A stretch of 63,270 nt of DNA, counting the filler, from Octopus bimaculoides (taxonomy: Eukaryota), in NCBI RefSeq assembly GCF_001194135.2. It is 6 parts of 5 records of this genome, joined end to end, with 100 filler letters (N's around TTAATTAATTAA, not from the genome) between each part and the next. Parts side by side here need not be neighbours in the genome. Positions count along the whole stretch, not along the records: positions 26,860 to 30,413 come from NW_026416859.1; positions 30,514 to 52,725 come from NC_068983.1; 4 more parts are not named here. One strand, 5' to 3'. The position numbers and the translations under genes were made by a program. Position 1 is the stretch's first letter, and each line of letters opens with the position of its first letter. Below the pieces are notes generated by a model. That model was not told the origin of the DNA, did no database searches, and worked only from the letters and a program-made list of their open reading frames with translations. Below are positions 26,890-39,589 of this stretch, in pieces.

Positions 26890-27120
26890 AATGTGCGTGT
26901 GCACATACCTTTGTGTCTGCGTTTGTCCACTACAACCGTTTGACAACCGCTGTTGGTGTGTTTAGGTCTCCGTAACTTAACGGTTCGGCAAAAGACCCGA
27001 AAGAATAAGTACCAGGCTTAGCAAAAAAAATCAAATAAAAAATTAGTGCTGGGATCCATCATTTTTCAAGTTGGTGCCCCAGTATGGACGCAGTCTAATG
27101 AATGAAACAAGTAAAAAGAT
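26890..27120 (+). mobile_element. SINE family A, 3' half
   Basis: CGTAACTTAACGGTTCGGCAAAAG...GAAACAAGTAAAAAGA. Confidence 0.7.
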
Positions 27121-27378
27121 CAGAGGTAAAGATTATGTTTGTTGTAAATATCTCTAGTATCTAGTAAACATCGTGTGTAGTGTTTAGTAGACATTGTATG
27201 TTGTTCCAATTGTACAAACTATAGCGTATTAGGAATCATTGTGTATCTAATGTCAATAGTAAGCATTGGCTAATGGTTTTGATAAACATTTTAAAAACTA
27301 TTATTCATAAAGTTTGTGAGTAATGCGTGATGTAAAAGCAGTGTGTGGAATGGAATATCTTTATTATTGTCGAGTGAA

Positions 27379-27868
27379 CCGTAAATCCTCGAGTATAGTC
27401 CGCCCTTGAGTATAATACACAGGGGATTTTTAGGGATCTCTACCTCTGAAAAACCTAAACCTTGTGTATAATACGCACCCCTTTTCTAACTTGAGTCAAG
27501 GAGGTCTATATAACGTCCTTGGTTTGTAAACATATATACGGTAACGTCCTTTATTATTATTGTATATATAACATAATGCAAACGTGTAGCTTTTTTGTGC
27601 ACTTTGTTTGCAGAAAATAAAGAAATAACAGTAATAACGTCAGTGAAAAATAAATATTAAATAAATTGCCTTTACATATTTATCACTATCAGTTACAAGC
27701 CCGACATCACAAAATGCGTCTGAATAAACATTGCCGGGGAGCAAATAGAGACTCGGACATTGCTTAGAAAATATTTTTCATTTTTAATCTCGTATGTAGT
27801 ACGCACTAGGGATTTTGACCTTTAAATTTTGGAAAAAAAAAATGCGGATTATACTCGAGGATTTACGG
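27379..27868. mobile_element. MITE with pogo/Tigger-type TIRs, 490 bp
   Basis: CCGTAAATCCTCGAGTATAGTCCGC (27379) and GCGGATTATACTCGAGGATTTACGG (to 27868) followed by TA; the left flank is AA rather than TA. Internal repeats of GAGTATAATAC. Confidence 0.8.
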
Positions 27869-27994
27869 TATATAGTGTAAAATGTATGTAGTGTCGTCAG
27901 TAAACATTTGCAGGGTTTTTGGTAAACATCTCATGTGGTATGTCCAAAGAAAATGGTTTGTTGAGTGTGAAGTGAGTCAAATCATTTGTAGTAA

Positions 27995-28330
27995 ATAAAC
28001 AGTTAGCTATGTAGTAAGAAGTTTGTTTCCCAACCACATGGTTCCGGGTTCAGTTCCGCCTTGTTGCACCTTGAGCAAGTGTCTTCTACTATAGCCCCGG
28101 ATCGTCCAAAGTCTTGTGAGTGGATCTGGTGGACGGAAACTCAAAGAAGCCCGTTGTGTATATATGTTGTGCGTGTGAATGTATGTGTGTGGTTTGTTGA
28201 GTGTGGAGTGAATATATCATAGTAAACGGTTGTGTGGTAAGAAGTTTGCTTCCCAACCACATGGTTCCGGGTTCAGTCCTACCCTGTGGCACTTTGGGCA
28301 AGTGTTTTCTACTATAGCCGCAGGCCAATG
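27995..28330 (+). mobile_element. Two tandem 5' halves of SINE family A
   Basis: CCAACCACATGGTTCCGGGTTCAGT at about 28031 and 28253. Confidence 0.7.
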
Positions 28331-29105
28331 TCGAAATGATCGCAAAGCAACTTGAAATGAAGCGTTTTTTTTTTTTTCTGTTCGAGAACACAGCACACTG
28401 CTCGATCCGGAAATCGAAAGCATGATCTTATGACTGTGAGTGTAACACTCTAACCACTCGGTCATGTGTTTTGTGGTCTACACAAGATTATATAGTGTAG
28501 TCAAAATTTACATATTATGTATTGTACATCATAAACACAGTGTGTTTGCATGTGGTAACATGATTTGTGTACTGCAACATAGAAGCATGATTCAGGGCCC
28601 CTGAATCATATATAACATCGAGAGGACATCAGACGTCGAGTACTACTAGTAGTAGTGGTCGCAGCAGCAGCAATGACAGTCATGGTGGTGGCAGTAGAAA
28701 TAATAATAGTAGTGGTTGTGGTGTTAGTGGTGGTAGTAATAGTAGAAGTAGTAGCTGTTGTTTAACTCCAGGCCAACTCTGATCGAGCAGATCTATAATC
28801 GAAATCATTCTAAGTCCCGAGACTAACACATCTTCTTTTTTTCCTTATTTTTCCTTCTTTCGTTTTCTTTTTTCTTTTGAGGCACCGTGTATCTAAGACT
28901 ATATTATTCAATGTATTCTTGCTTAATCATTTTTGTTTTGTCTTTTGAATTGGAAAGATCTGATATAAGGGAAATTCGGCTACTATGTCTAACATCTCGT
29001 ACGACCATGAATGACCCTTGCTCCTTTGTTGGTAGAACATTGAAGACGTAAACACAGGGAGCAATAAGATGAAAAAGAAAGAAAAAAAAAAGATTTAGAT
29101 ATGTC

Positions 29106-29872
29106 TTACCTCTCTGTCCAATAGGTGTAAGGCATGGCGTTGAAGGACGGCTCGGTTTGTTGTTGTGGGGTGAAAGCAAAGGGTGACATGGGCGACGTGG
29201 CAGCTGTCGCTGGGGAATAGTCATTTAGCTGTGGGTAATTGGTCGGCGGTTGGGCAATGCGCATGCCCGACATGCTTGACTGCATGGCTGCCGTCGGGTA
29301 GGCTCCAAATGTGGATGGCACGCGCTGGCAGGAGCTGTAACTCATCTGAGACATGTGACCCATGCCGGCGGCATTGGAGGACGGGTTCAAGGTCCAGGGG
29401 GGGTACTGATGTGAATACTGGTGTGCGTAGGACGGCGAGAAGTAGTTCTTGGTCAGTGCGAACTGATTGAACGTGCAAGAGTCTGCGAAAAGGGGTTTGT
29501 GAAGAGAGATGGTAGTCCTGTACGGCCGTTTCATGCGCCGACGTCGTCTGTAGTTACCCTTCTCGAACATTCCTTCGTAAGCCGGGTCCACTGTCCAATA
29601 GTTGCCCTTGCGTTCTCCACCGCCTTCTCGGGGCACTTTCACAAAGCATTCGTTCAAACTGAGGTTATGCCGAATGCTGTTCTGCCACCCTTTCTTGTTT
29701 TTTTCGTAATACGGAAATTTGTTGACTATATACTGGTAGATACCACTCAGAGTCAAACGTTTTTCGCTTGACTCCTTGATGGCCATTGCAATAAGGGCCA
29801 CGTACGAATACGGAGGTTTTTGATTAGGGTCCAATTCTTTGTTATTACTGTTGTTATTATTGCTGTTGCTGC

Positions 29873-29903
<31 letters not shown>

Positions 29904-30413
29904 GTTAGTGTTGGTGTTACTGCTGCTGCTGTTGTTGTTGTTGTTATTACTCGTAGAGTTACTATTATGGTTGTTGTGATTGTTGTTGTTGTTGCTACCG
30001 CTTCTGCTTCGATATTGATTATTATTGTTGCTGTGATTAGTTGAAGCTGAGCTCACTGAAATATTACTGGTATTAGTAGTAGCAGTAGGAGTACTAGAAA
30101 CAGTGTTACTACTGCTGCTACTACTGGTATTGTTGTTGTTGTTGTTGTTATGGGTTGTCGAAGGTATATTTCCATTGCAGATACCGTTGGTGAGGGTGGA
30201 CAAGGCACCGACCTCGCTGTTTCCCAGCAGGGCCGACGCCGATGTCAGTGTACTCCCGCGAAGCTCCAGCACGCCGCTGCTGCCCACCTCTCCGAGAGAG
30301 GCCACGGCAGTGGCACCCGTGTGAAGGCGGGGTGAGTGTGGGTGCGACGACGAGCGAAGACGCGAATGATGGAAATGGAGGTGGGAGGCGGGAAGTGGCG
30401 CGGGGGTGGAAGG
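29106..30413 (-). CDS. FoxL2: Forkhead box L2 transcription factor, 5'-partial (frame open into the gap at 30414), no intron in the sequenced part
   Basis: Forkhead domain at about 29532-29819 ([75 protein letters not shown]...[17 protein letters not shown]). [30 protein letters not shown] and RRRRRMKRP are FoxL2-class signatures. Downstream YSSCQ and terminal YTYW resemble vertebrate FOXL2 YASCQ and CSYW. The track start at 30305 is GTG; I translated 30306-30413 by hand and found no stop and no ATG. Confidence 0.95.
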
Positions 30414-30513
30414 NNNNNNNNNNNNNNNNNNNNNNNNNNNNNNNNNNNNNNNNNNNNTTAATTAATTAANNNNNNNNNNNNNNNNNNNNNNNNNNNNNNN
30501 NNNNNNNNNNNNN
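30414..30513. other. 100-bp assembly spacer (N44-TTAATTAATTAA-N44) truncating FoxL2
   Basis: The same spacer occurs at 16581-16680, 26760-26859, 52726-52825 and 62159-62258. Confidence 0.95.
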
Positions 30514-30696
30514 ATATATATATATATATATATATAAAGGTTATTTGCCAACATAATGTGGCAGTGCTGGATGGGACGAATGCTATTGTTGTTTAGCCCC
30601 AGGAAACGTTGTTCACAGCTAGCTATACGACACAATATCTGTGTCCTTATATTTTCGAACAGGGAGCTTAGCACCCCCATCCACCACAAAGCAATG

Positions 30697-30740
30697 CCTG
30701 TAGACCGGTTTCTAAGTTATTGCCCTTTATCAGCCCAGAG
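30697..30740 (-). ncRNA. Degenerate hammerhead-like motif
   Basis: Minus strand CTCTGGG-CTGATAA-AGGGCAATAACTTA-GAA-ACCGGT-C-TACAGG: palindromic ACCGGT and GUC intact; G8 is A, and stems I and II are partly broken. Confidence 0.4.
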
Positions 30741-31025
30741 TAGTACCTCAGCTAGACGGCACTGCTGAATTCCCGTTCGAAAATATATAATTTTCAAAGT
30801 GACACATAGGCGCTGATCTAATAAATAGAAACATTATTATTTCTAAATCTCTCAAGGAGAGATATTCAGTAGCAGTACTTTAAAGTAAAGACTATTTGCC
30901 AACATAATGTAGCCGTCCTGGATGGGACGAATGCTACTGTTGTTTTGCACCAGGAAACGTCGTTTCCAGCTGGCTATACGACACAATATCTGTGTCGTTT
31001 CCTGGGGCTAAACAACACTAACATT

Positions 31026-31087
<62 letters not shown>

Positions 31088-32116
31088 GGGAGAGAGAGAG
31101 AGAGAAAGAGAGAAAGAGAGAGAGAGAGAGAGTGTGTGTGTGTGTGTGTGCGTGCGCGCGCGCGCGTATATTCCTTATGCATTCCAAAATTGGGTTGCCT
31201 ATTTTGACGCATAGGGCATCAAAATATTCAGTAATTTTGGGGCTACCAAATAAAATATATTTTCGTTTACATATATTCTACGTTATCTCAACAACCAGCT
31301 ATAGTTATTTGAAAGACACTGCTCTACAACGACCAGGTTTCATTAGAAAGTGAAAATAGTTTCACACTTTCAGTTTCAACCAAAATTACAAAGTGTTGCA
31401 TTACGAGAGTGACGATGTTTCAATAATGAAAGTCATGTTTTGCCGAATTGGTCACATCTGTACTATAATAAAGAAAGCAGCTTATCATCTGTAATGCGAT
31501 AAGGCTATAATATTGTTTCACTTTCATTCTTTCACTTTTAATTCTAATGTGATAACATTAAGATCATCTTATTTCTATTATATTTGAAATAAATGAATAA
31601 TTTACATCCGAATATGAACAACATTACGCATCGTCAACTTTCCATCTTCACGGCCACCACAGCAGAATGCTGTGTCAGTGTATGTGTTGACTGACATAAC
31701 GAACGGCTGGAGGTGAAACTCTTGACAAAAACAATGAGGCGGCAGCTCCAAGGTACATAAAAATACACATTTACCGTTCAATTACCAGTTAATAATTATC
31801 GCAACAGTTACAAAGTTGCAACGTATTTACAGTTACATGTACTTCTATTTGGTTAATTTATACTGCATACAAAAATAAAAACATACTACATACATACAAA
31901 TGCTTACAAAAATAGGGATTAATGTATAATTTCTTTCTATGTTGATAATTTTTTGTTTACAATATTTGAAAAAAATATGCCACTAAAGAAAAGACGTAAT
32001 CTCTCCAGAAACAAATATAAGGCGAGAGTCTGAAGAGAGAAGTGAGATGATATTTTCTCAAGATCAGCAAATGCATGAAGCAGCACTTAATGCTGGATCA
32101 TTAAATCAATGTTTTA

Positions 32117-32600
32117 ATGATTAGACAGAGGTCCAGTAGAATAGCTCTCGCAAACAGACTACGTACAAATTCATTCTTCACAACTCTTGAAACTGTTTTC
32201 AGATATGATCCATCTCATTCTTATAAAAATGATAACTCTGTCCAAATTGGTGTGCTAAACACAAATTGCTGTTTCTGTAGAGGCTTAAAATTTTCAAATG
32301 AAACATATGGTATGTGCTGCTCAGGTGGTCAGGTAACATTGCCAGCACTAACAGCCCCTTTCAACCTTTTATAGATCCTCTAGAAGGCACTGCCATCAAG
32401 TCAAAGGATTTTCTGAACAATATCAGACAATACAACTCTGCATTTCAAATGACATCGTTTACTGCATCTAAGAATGAATTTACGCCGACGTCAAAGTTCA
32501 AGGGCAAGTCCATCACCTCATTGGGTCCTTGTTACCCACAAATGAACAACCACAATTCCTCCAGATTTACTTTATGAGTGATGTAGAACAACAAACCCGA
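32117..32600 (+). mobile_element. Helitron RepHel N-terminal fragment, frameshifted
   Basis: QIGVLNTNCCFCRGLKFSNETYGMCCSGGQVTLPAL / FLNNIRQYNSAFQMTSF / QGQVHHLIGSLLP..EQPQFLQIYFM are the characteristic motifs upstream of the Rep domain in animal Helitrons. Confidence 0.88.
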
Positions 32601-33036
32601 AAGAGGTGACAAAATTTCAGATGATGGGTCGTGTTAGACACCGCGCCGACTGCTACAAAAGAGAGTGTAGTAGATATGTATCCTGTCGTAGTGAGTTGGT
32701 CTGTTGGGTTTGAGTAAACTGCAGAGACTCGGTAATCGGAGTATAATTTCATTTATTTAGCATAAATGATACTGCGTTGAGCGGACATCGAAACATATCA
32801 TTACATTACAAACGTGTATAACTAGCTACGAGTTATATGCGGAGAAAGCATGTATTTGGTTCAGCTTGGTTGATAGCAGTGAAAACCGCTTTTCTGGGTT
32901 GTTGCATATCTCAGCTGAGTTGATAGCAGTTAAAACCGCTGTTCGTACGTTCGAGTCTGAAATTGGTTTCTGGATAGTACTGGATAGTAGAGGAGCTTTA
33001 TACTGTAGTCTACTACGTTCTTAAGAGAATATACCA

Positions 33037-33069
<33 letters not shown>

Positions 33070-35280
33070 NNNNNNNNNNNNNNNNNNNNNNNNNNNNNNN
33101 NNNNNNNNNNNNNNNNNNNNNNNNNNNNNNNNNNNNNNNNNNNNNNNNNNNNNNNNNNNNNNNNNNNNNNNNNNNNNNNNNNNNNNNNNNNNNNNNNNNN
33201 NNNNNNNNNNNNNNNNNNNNNNNNNNNNNNNNNNNNNNNNNNNNNNNNNNNNNNNNNNNNNNNNNNNNNNNNNNNNNNNNNNNNNNNNNNNNNNNNNNNN
33301 NNNNNNNNNNNNNNNNNNNNNNNNNNNNNNNNNNNNNNNNNNNNNNNNNNNNNNNNNNNNNNNNNNNNNNNNNNNNNNNNNNNNNNNNNNNNNNNNNNNN
33401 NNNNNNNNNNNNNNNNNNNNNNNNNNNNNNNNNNNNNNNNNNNNNNNNNNNNNNNNNNNNNNNNNNNNNNNNNNNNNNNNNNNNNNNNNNNNNNNNNNNN
33501 NNNNNNNNNNNNNNNNNNNNNNNNNNNNNNNNNNNNNNNNNNNNNNNNNNNNNNNNNNNNNNNNNNNNNNNNNNNNNNNNNNNNNNNNNNNNNNNNNNNN
33601 NNNNNNNNNNNNNNNNNNNNNNNNNNNNNNNNNNNNNNNNNNNNNNNNNNNNNNNNNNNNNNNNNNNNNNNNNNNNNNNNNNNNNNNNNNNNNNNNNNNN
33701 NNNNNNNNNNNNNNNNNNNNNNNNNNNNNNNNNNNNNNNNNNNNNNNNNNNNNNNNNNNNNNNNNNNNNNNNNNNNNNNNNNNNNNNNNNNNNNNNNNNN
33801 NNNNNNNNNNNNNNNNNNNNNNNNNNNNNNNNNNNNNNNNNNNNNNNNNNNNNNNNNNNNNNNNNNNNNNNNNNNNNNNNNNNNNNNNNNNNNNNNNNNN
33901 NNNNNNNNNNNNNNNNNNNNNNNNNNNNNNNNNNNNNNNNNNNNNNNNNNNNNNNNNNNNNNNNNNNNNNNNNNNTGTACCACTCCATAACTGACTTTGT
34001 TCCTTTGTTTCAGAAAAACTGATATTCTTTTATGAAATCTCTTACAAACACGCTACAGATGGTATACATTCTGATTATATTGGAATTTGTTCTAACAGGT
34101 TTTTTCTGGAAAATTAACAGGAGTCAACTTGGATCTAGTCTTTCTCATTCGCAAAATGAGACTCCCCACCCCCGCCACTTAATTTTGCTCAGATTGCTTT
34201 CAATTTTGGTGTATCGATGCAACTCACAATTTTGATTACGACCAACCAATTACTTTATCTCGTAAATTAAAGAACCTGATGTTATTTGGAATTAAATTTG
34301 GGAAATTTGGGTAATTTTAGCCAATCAACAGGCAGCGTGGCATTAGCAGCTTGTTACCATGACAACCGCACGCTGTGCTGTGATTCACTGTTGTCTATAT
34401 TGATTTTTCACACTTAGTATTTTTACCTATTTTTCATTTCATATATTTTTGGGACTCATTGACTCAGTTAGGTGGATTTATGATTTCACTAGGTTAATTA
34501 TATTCATAAAAGTTTTAATTAGGAGTATTTCTTAAACCGTTAGCTTTACATTTCAACAGCTTAACTGAAATTTAGCCCATGTAACAGGAACTGAGAGGGA
34601 TATCGTGGAACAGAGAAACTGTGGGTGATACAGATAATTTGACCATATTTTTTTAATTCTGCATGCAAAAGCATATAAGATACAAGCATCCTTTTCCTTG
34701 GGACAAAGTCTTTGTTGACCAGTGTTATTTTTATCGTAGTTTACAAATCCGAGCATAGAAACATTACTCAACTTTGGAGTTTTGGAGACAGACGCCCCTT
34801 TTCACACACACGCATACACACATGCACTTATATACTAATGACGTACATAAATACATGGCAGTATGCATAAAGTAAACACATGAAGACAGATATATTAATA
34901 TAACAAATTTTTTTAAATGATAAAAACGTACAATCATTGAAGAGACATAAGAAACAGTAAGATGATACATGTTGATTTTATTAGGTATTTCTGTTTATTT
35001 TGAAACCTTCAATGAAATTAGGTATTTCTGTTTATTTAGAAACCTATAATGAACAGGTCAGACGCTAAGCTAAAAAAATTCACCTTAAAGTTGACACTGA
35101 TCCTCAGTTTTTTCGACTTTTAAACCTCTGTAACTTTTTCTCCAATTTTTTCTCCGCAACATGATACCTTCAAAGCAATGAGACTAGAAGGCTACATTAT
35201 TATAGCCGATTTTCAGATTTTTTACTTCCTTTTAAAAAATGTACATTTTGTGAATATAAAAAGCTAGACCCATCAACTTT

Positions 35281-35617
35281 GTTTTCTTATAACTTTCAGA
35301 AAAATGGTTACTTTTTCATAAAATTTTCTGTAATTACCTTTCAGATTGTGTAGATTATGATTATATCGGAATTTAATATATATATATTAAAAAAAAATTT
35401 TTTTTTAATGGCGGCTCGCACACATACTTCAGAATATTTTTCAAAAACAATTTCAAGTTTCGTTTCGTAGATGCAAATATGATGCATGTCTGCGTGCCCG
35501 TCAGTTTTCTATTTTTCATATTAAATTCCGATATAATCCGAATGTAAACCAGTTGAAGCATAATTGTAGAAAATTTCATTAAAAAATATCCATTTTTTTC
35601 TGAAAGTTATGAGGAAA
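35281..35617. repeat. Inverted repeat of about 100 bp from a DNA-transposon-like subterminal repeat family
   Basis: CATAACTTTCAGAAAAATGG.TA.TTTTT.AT.AAATTTTCT...GATTATATCGGAATTTAATAT in inverted orientation; the same motif occurs as two direct copies at about 46262-46345 and 46410-46500. Confidence 0.75.
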
Positions 35618-35670
35618 CAAAGACGTGGGGGGGACACATTTATGTTGGTACGCCATATACATATACATAC

Positions 35671-35722
<52 letters not shown>

Positions 35723-35976
35723 ATGTGTGTATTTATATAGTTTATAAATGTTACGTGCACGACAATATTTTGAAAAAGTCTAATCATTCATTTCATATGT
35801 ATCTATGTAGGTGTGGATGTATGTGTTTGAAACCGATAAATATAATTTACGATAAAAATTTGCAGTTTCATTTTGATTAAAATACCAGATACATTCGTTT
35901 AGCGTCTCCGACTGTTGTTTCTGTTTCCTTCTACCAGTGTAAAACAAAATGCATTTTAATAGATGTAGGATATATA

Positions 35977-36010
35977 TATTGGGTTGGGCAAACTGTTCGT
36001 TTGCTTTTTT
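35977..36010 (+). mobile_element. Isolated mariner-type terminal repeat
   Basis: TA-TTGGGTTGGGCAAAACTGTTCGTTTGCTTTT resembles mariner TIRs; no partner TIR or ORF seen. Confidence 0.4.
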
Positions 36011-37104
36011 TTCCCGTTGCGCATGTTTACTCGTTAGATATCTGACCTCGTTTGCTTCTGTTTGAGCTTGCGACGAGACATGTATTTTGTCTGCTTGAGA
36101 TCTTAATCTTTTTGACCTGACTCAACTCTATACTGTTTTTCTCCCCCCATCGTTTTCTCTCTCATCCTTTCTCTAATTCCCTTTTTCTCCCCTTCATCGT
36201 TTCCTATCTGTCTCTCTCACTCCTCCTCTTTCTCCTGTTCTCTCTCTCTCGTTGCTCACACGTGACCATTGTCCATCTTTCTTTTCATCATGTGATTATC
36301 TTTCTTTTCCTCGTGTGATCATCTTTCTTTTCTTTCAGGATTGTCCTAAGGACTGGACGTATCCTATCTCTCTCTTCTATCTTTTCTCTTGTCACTGCCT
36401 TTGAGTGTGAAGTAAAATAGGTCCAGCTATGGATTGTTACATCCCGCGTCTTTAACATTTAAGAAATAATCGTTAATTACACAATGGTCTTATTCTTGAC
36501 AATTACTGGTACTGTTTGTAGGAATGAATGAATGAATGAAGGAAGGAAGGAAGGAAGGAAGGAAGGAAGGAAGGAAGGAAGGAAGGAAGGAAGNNNNNNN
36601 NNNNNNNNNNNNNNNNNNNNNNNNNNNNNNNNNNNNNNNNNNNNNNNNNNNNNNNNNNNNNNNNNNNNNNNNNNNNNNNNNNNNNNNNNNNNNNNNNNNN
36701 NNNNNNNNNNNNNNNNNNNNNNNNNNNNNNNNNNNNNNNNNNNNNNNNNNNNNNNNNNNNNNNNNNNNNNNNNNNNNNNNNNNNNNNNNNNNNNNNNNNN
36801 NNNNNNNNNNNNNNNNNNNNNNNNNNNNNNNNNNNNNNNNNNNNNNNNNNNNNNNNNNNNNNNNNNNNNNNNNNNNNNNNNNNNNNNNNNNNNNNNNNNN
36901 NNNNNNNNNNNNNNNNNNNNNNNNNNNNNNNNNNNNNNNNNNNNNNNNNNNNNNNNNNNNNNNNNNNNNNNNNNNNNNNNNNNNNNNNNNNNNNNNNNNN
37001 NNNNNNNNNNNNNNNNNNNNNNNNNNNNNNNNNNNNNNNNNNNNNNNNNNNNNNNNNNNNNNNNNNNNNNNNNNNNNNNNNNNNNNNNNNNNNNNNNNNN
37101 NNNN

Positions 37105-37128
37105 AAAGAAAGAAAAATGTAAGGGTGA

Positions 37129-37172
<44 letters not shown>

Positions 37173-37262
37173 AGGAAAGAGAGAAAAGAAAGAGAGAAAG
37201 GAAAAGAAAGGGTGATGGAAAAGAAAAATGTAAGGGTGAAAGAAAGAAAAATGTAAGGGTGA

Positions 37263-37330
<68 letters not shown>

Positions 37331-37368
37331 AATAGAGAAAGAGAGAAAGAAAGAGAGAAAAGAAAGAG

Positions 37369-37419
<51 letters not shown>

Positions 37420-37560
37420 GAGAAAGAAAAAGAAAGGGTGATGGAAAAGAAAAATGTAAGGGTGAAAGAAAGAAAGAAAGAAAGAAATAGAGAAAGAAAG
37501 AAAAAAAGAAAGAAAGAAAGAAAGAAAGAGAAAGAAAGAAAAAATGAAGGTTGATAGAGA
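37105..37560. repeat. (GAAA)n compound satellite with a recurring AAAGAAAAATGTAAGGGTGAAAG unit
   Basis: Unit occurs four times; GGGTGATGGAAAAG twice. Confidence 0.9.
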
Positions 37561-38042
37561 GAAAGAAAAACAAAACAAGAAATTATTGATGGAAAAAATT
37601 CAAAACGAAGAGGAAAACAACGAAATAAAGTCGGAAAAGAAACTTAAAGAAAGCAAGTCAGATAAAAGATATGAAAATTGCTGGAATATTTACCATGCTT
37701 TAAGTTGGAAAATAATTTGTTCTGTTTCCGAATCCAAGGCACCAAATCGTGACATTCGAAATCAGTTCTCTGTTCCTGTGGTTTTGATATCACCGCAATT
37801 ACTTTGTCATAGACACTAGGTGCCATTCTTCACTGATTCTTTTACTCTTGTAAGTAAAGGAACGAATAATGATAAGTTCGAATATTAATTAAACTCTCAG
37901 CAATCGATTCGAAATTGTGATGTTAATTTTTGTTTTGATTTTCCACGCCAGTGCATGAGGCTAATTAACAGGCCATGTTGTCAGCTTAATATACACACAA
38001 CTAACTGTTGCGCACCACTCATATAAACAGTCTGTTTGTCAT

Positions 38043-38084
<42 letters not shown>

Positions 38085-39176
38085 TTAATCAATATGTTCT
38101 CTCTATTAGACAGTCACACGCACACATATCTTTCTTTCAAGAGTTCGTAACATACACTCTCTTAACGTTACCCTTTGTTCGTTCGTTTCTTTCTTTCTTT
38201 CTCTCTCTCTCTTTTTCTTTCTTTTTCTATCTTTCTCCCTTTCTTTCCCTCCTCTCTCTCTCACACACATACACACAAGAACATACGCACGCGCATCCAT
38301 CCACTCACGCCCCCCCACACACACACACGTACGCACACGCACACGTATACGCACGCACGCACGCAACACACACAAACATACACAAACACACACACACACA
38401 CACACATACACACACAACCGTTGGTGCTTTCTCTTTATCCTCTTGTTCGTCTTCTTTCTTTTGCAGTAAACCTACACAAGCGTGATCCTCCCCCCCCCCT
38501 ACTCAAACACCCTCACTGCAACTTTGTTTCTACACAACTTTCTGAAAAAAAAGTATATTTTTAATGAAATTTNNNNNNNNNNNNNNNNNNNNNNNNNNNN
38601 NNNNNNNNNNNNNNNNNNNNNNNNNNNNNNNNNNNNNNNNNNNNNNNNNNNNNNNNNNNNNNNNNNNNNNNNNNNNNNNNNNNNNNNNNNNNNNNNNNNN
38701 NNNNNNNNNNNNNNNNNNNNNNNNNNNNNNNNNNNNNNNNNNNNNNNNNNNNNNNNNNNNNNNNNNNNNNNNNNNNNNNNNNNNNNNNNNNNNNNNNNNN
38801 NNNNNNNNNNNNNNNNNNNNNNNNNNNNNNNNNNNNNNNNNNNNNNNNNNNNNNNNNNNNNNNNNNNNNNNNNNNNNNNNNNNNNNNNNNNNNNNNNNNN
38901 NNNNNNNNNNNNNNNNNNNNNNNNNNNNNNNNNNNNNNNNNNNNNNNNNNNNNNNNNNNNNNNNNNNNNNNNNNNNNNNNNNNNNNNNNNNNNNNNNNNN
39001 NNNNNNNNNNNNNNNNNNNNNNNNNNNNNNNNNNNNNNNNNNNNNNNNNNNNNNNNNNNNNNNNNNNNNNNNNNNNNNNNNNNNNNNNNNNNNNNNNNNN
39101 NNNNNNNNNNNNNNNNNNNNNNNNNNNNNNNNNNNNNNNNNNNNNNNNNNNNNNNNNNNNNNNNNNNNNNNNNNNN

Positions 39177-39487
39177 CTATAGCTTCGGGCCGACCAAAGC
39201 CTTGTGAGTGGATTTGGTAGACGGAAACTGAAAGAAGCCTGTCGTATATATGTATATATATGTATGTGTGTGTGTGTTTGTGTGTCTGTATTTGTCCTCC
39301 CAACATCGCTTGACAACCGATGCTGGTGTGTTTATGTCCCCGTAACTTAGCGGTTCGGCAAAAAGAGACCGATAGAATAAGTACTAGGCTTACAAAGAAT
39401 AAGTCCCGGGGTCGATTTGCTCGACTAAAAGTGGTGCTCCAACATGGCCGCAATCAAATGACTGAAACAAGTAAAAGAGTAAAAGAG
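39177..39487 (+). mobile_element. SINE family A (head lost in the gap)
   Basis: Aligns to family A from CTATAGC.TCGGGCCGACC to GAAACAAGTAAAAGAGTAAAAGAG. Confidence 0.85.
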
Positions 39488-39589
39488 TATCATCAAACGC
39501 ATATCTATTTCACGAGCAGACTGTTCCGTTGAATCCAGCTGGAGTACTCGTCGTAAGCGACGGAATGCTTATCTTTCGTCACTAATAAA

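Noticed and set aside
29183-30469. Plus-strand and alternate-frame ORFs overlapping FoxL2
   Set aside because: Antisense shadows of a GC-rich coding region and of the Asn/Ser tract; no independent protein features.
30514-31020. FoxL2 core promoter call
   Set aside because: Separated from the gene by an unsized gap; no TSS evidence.
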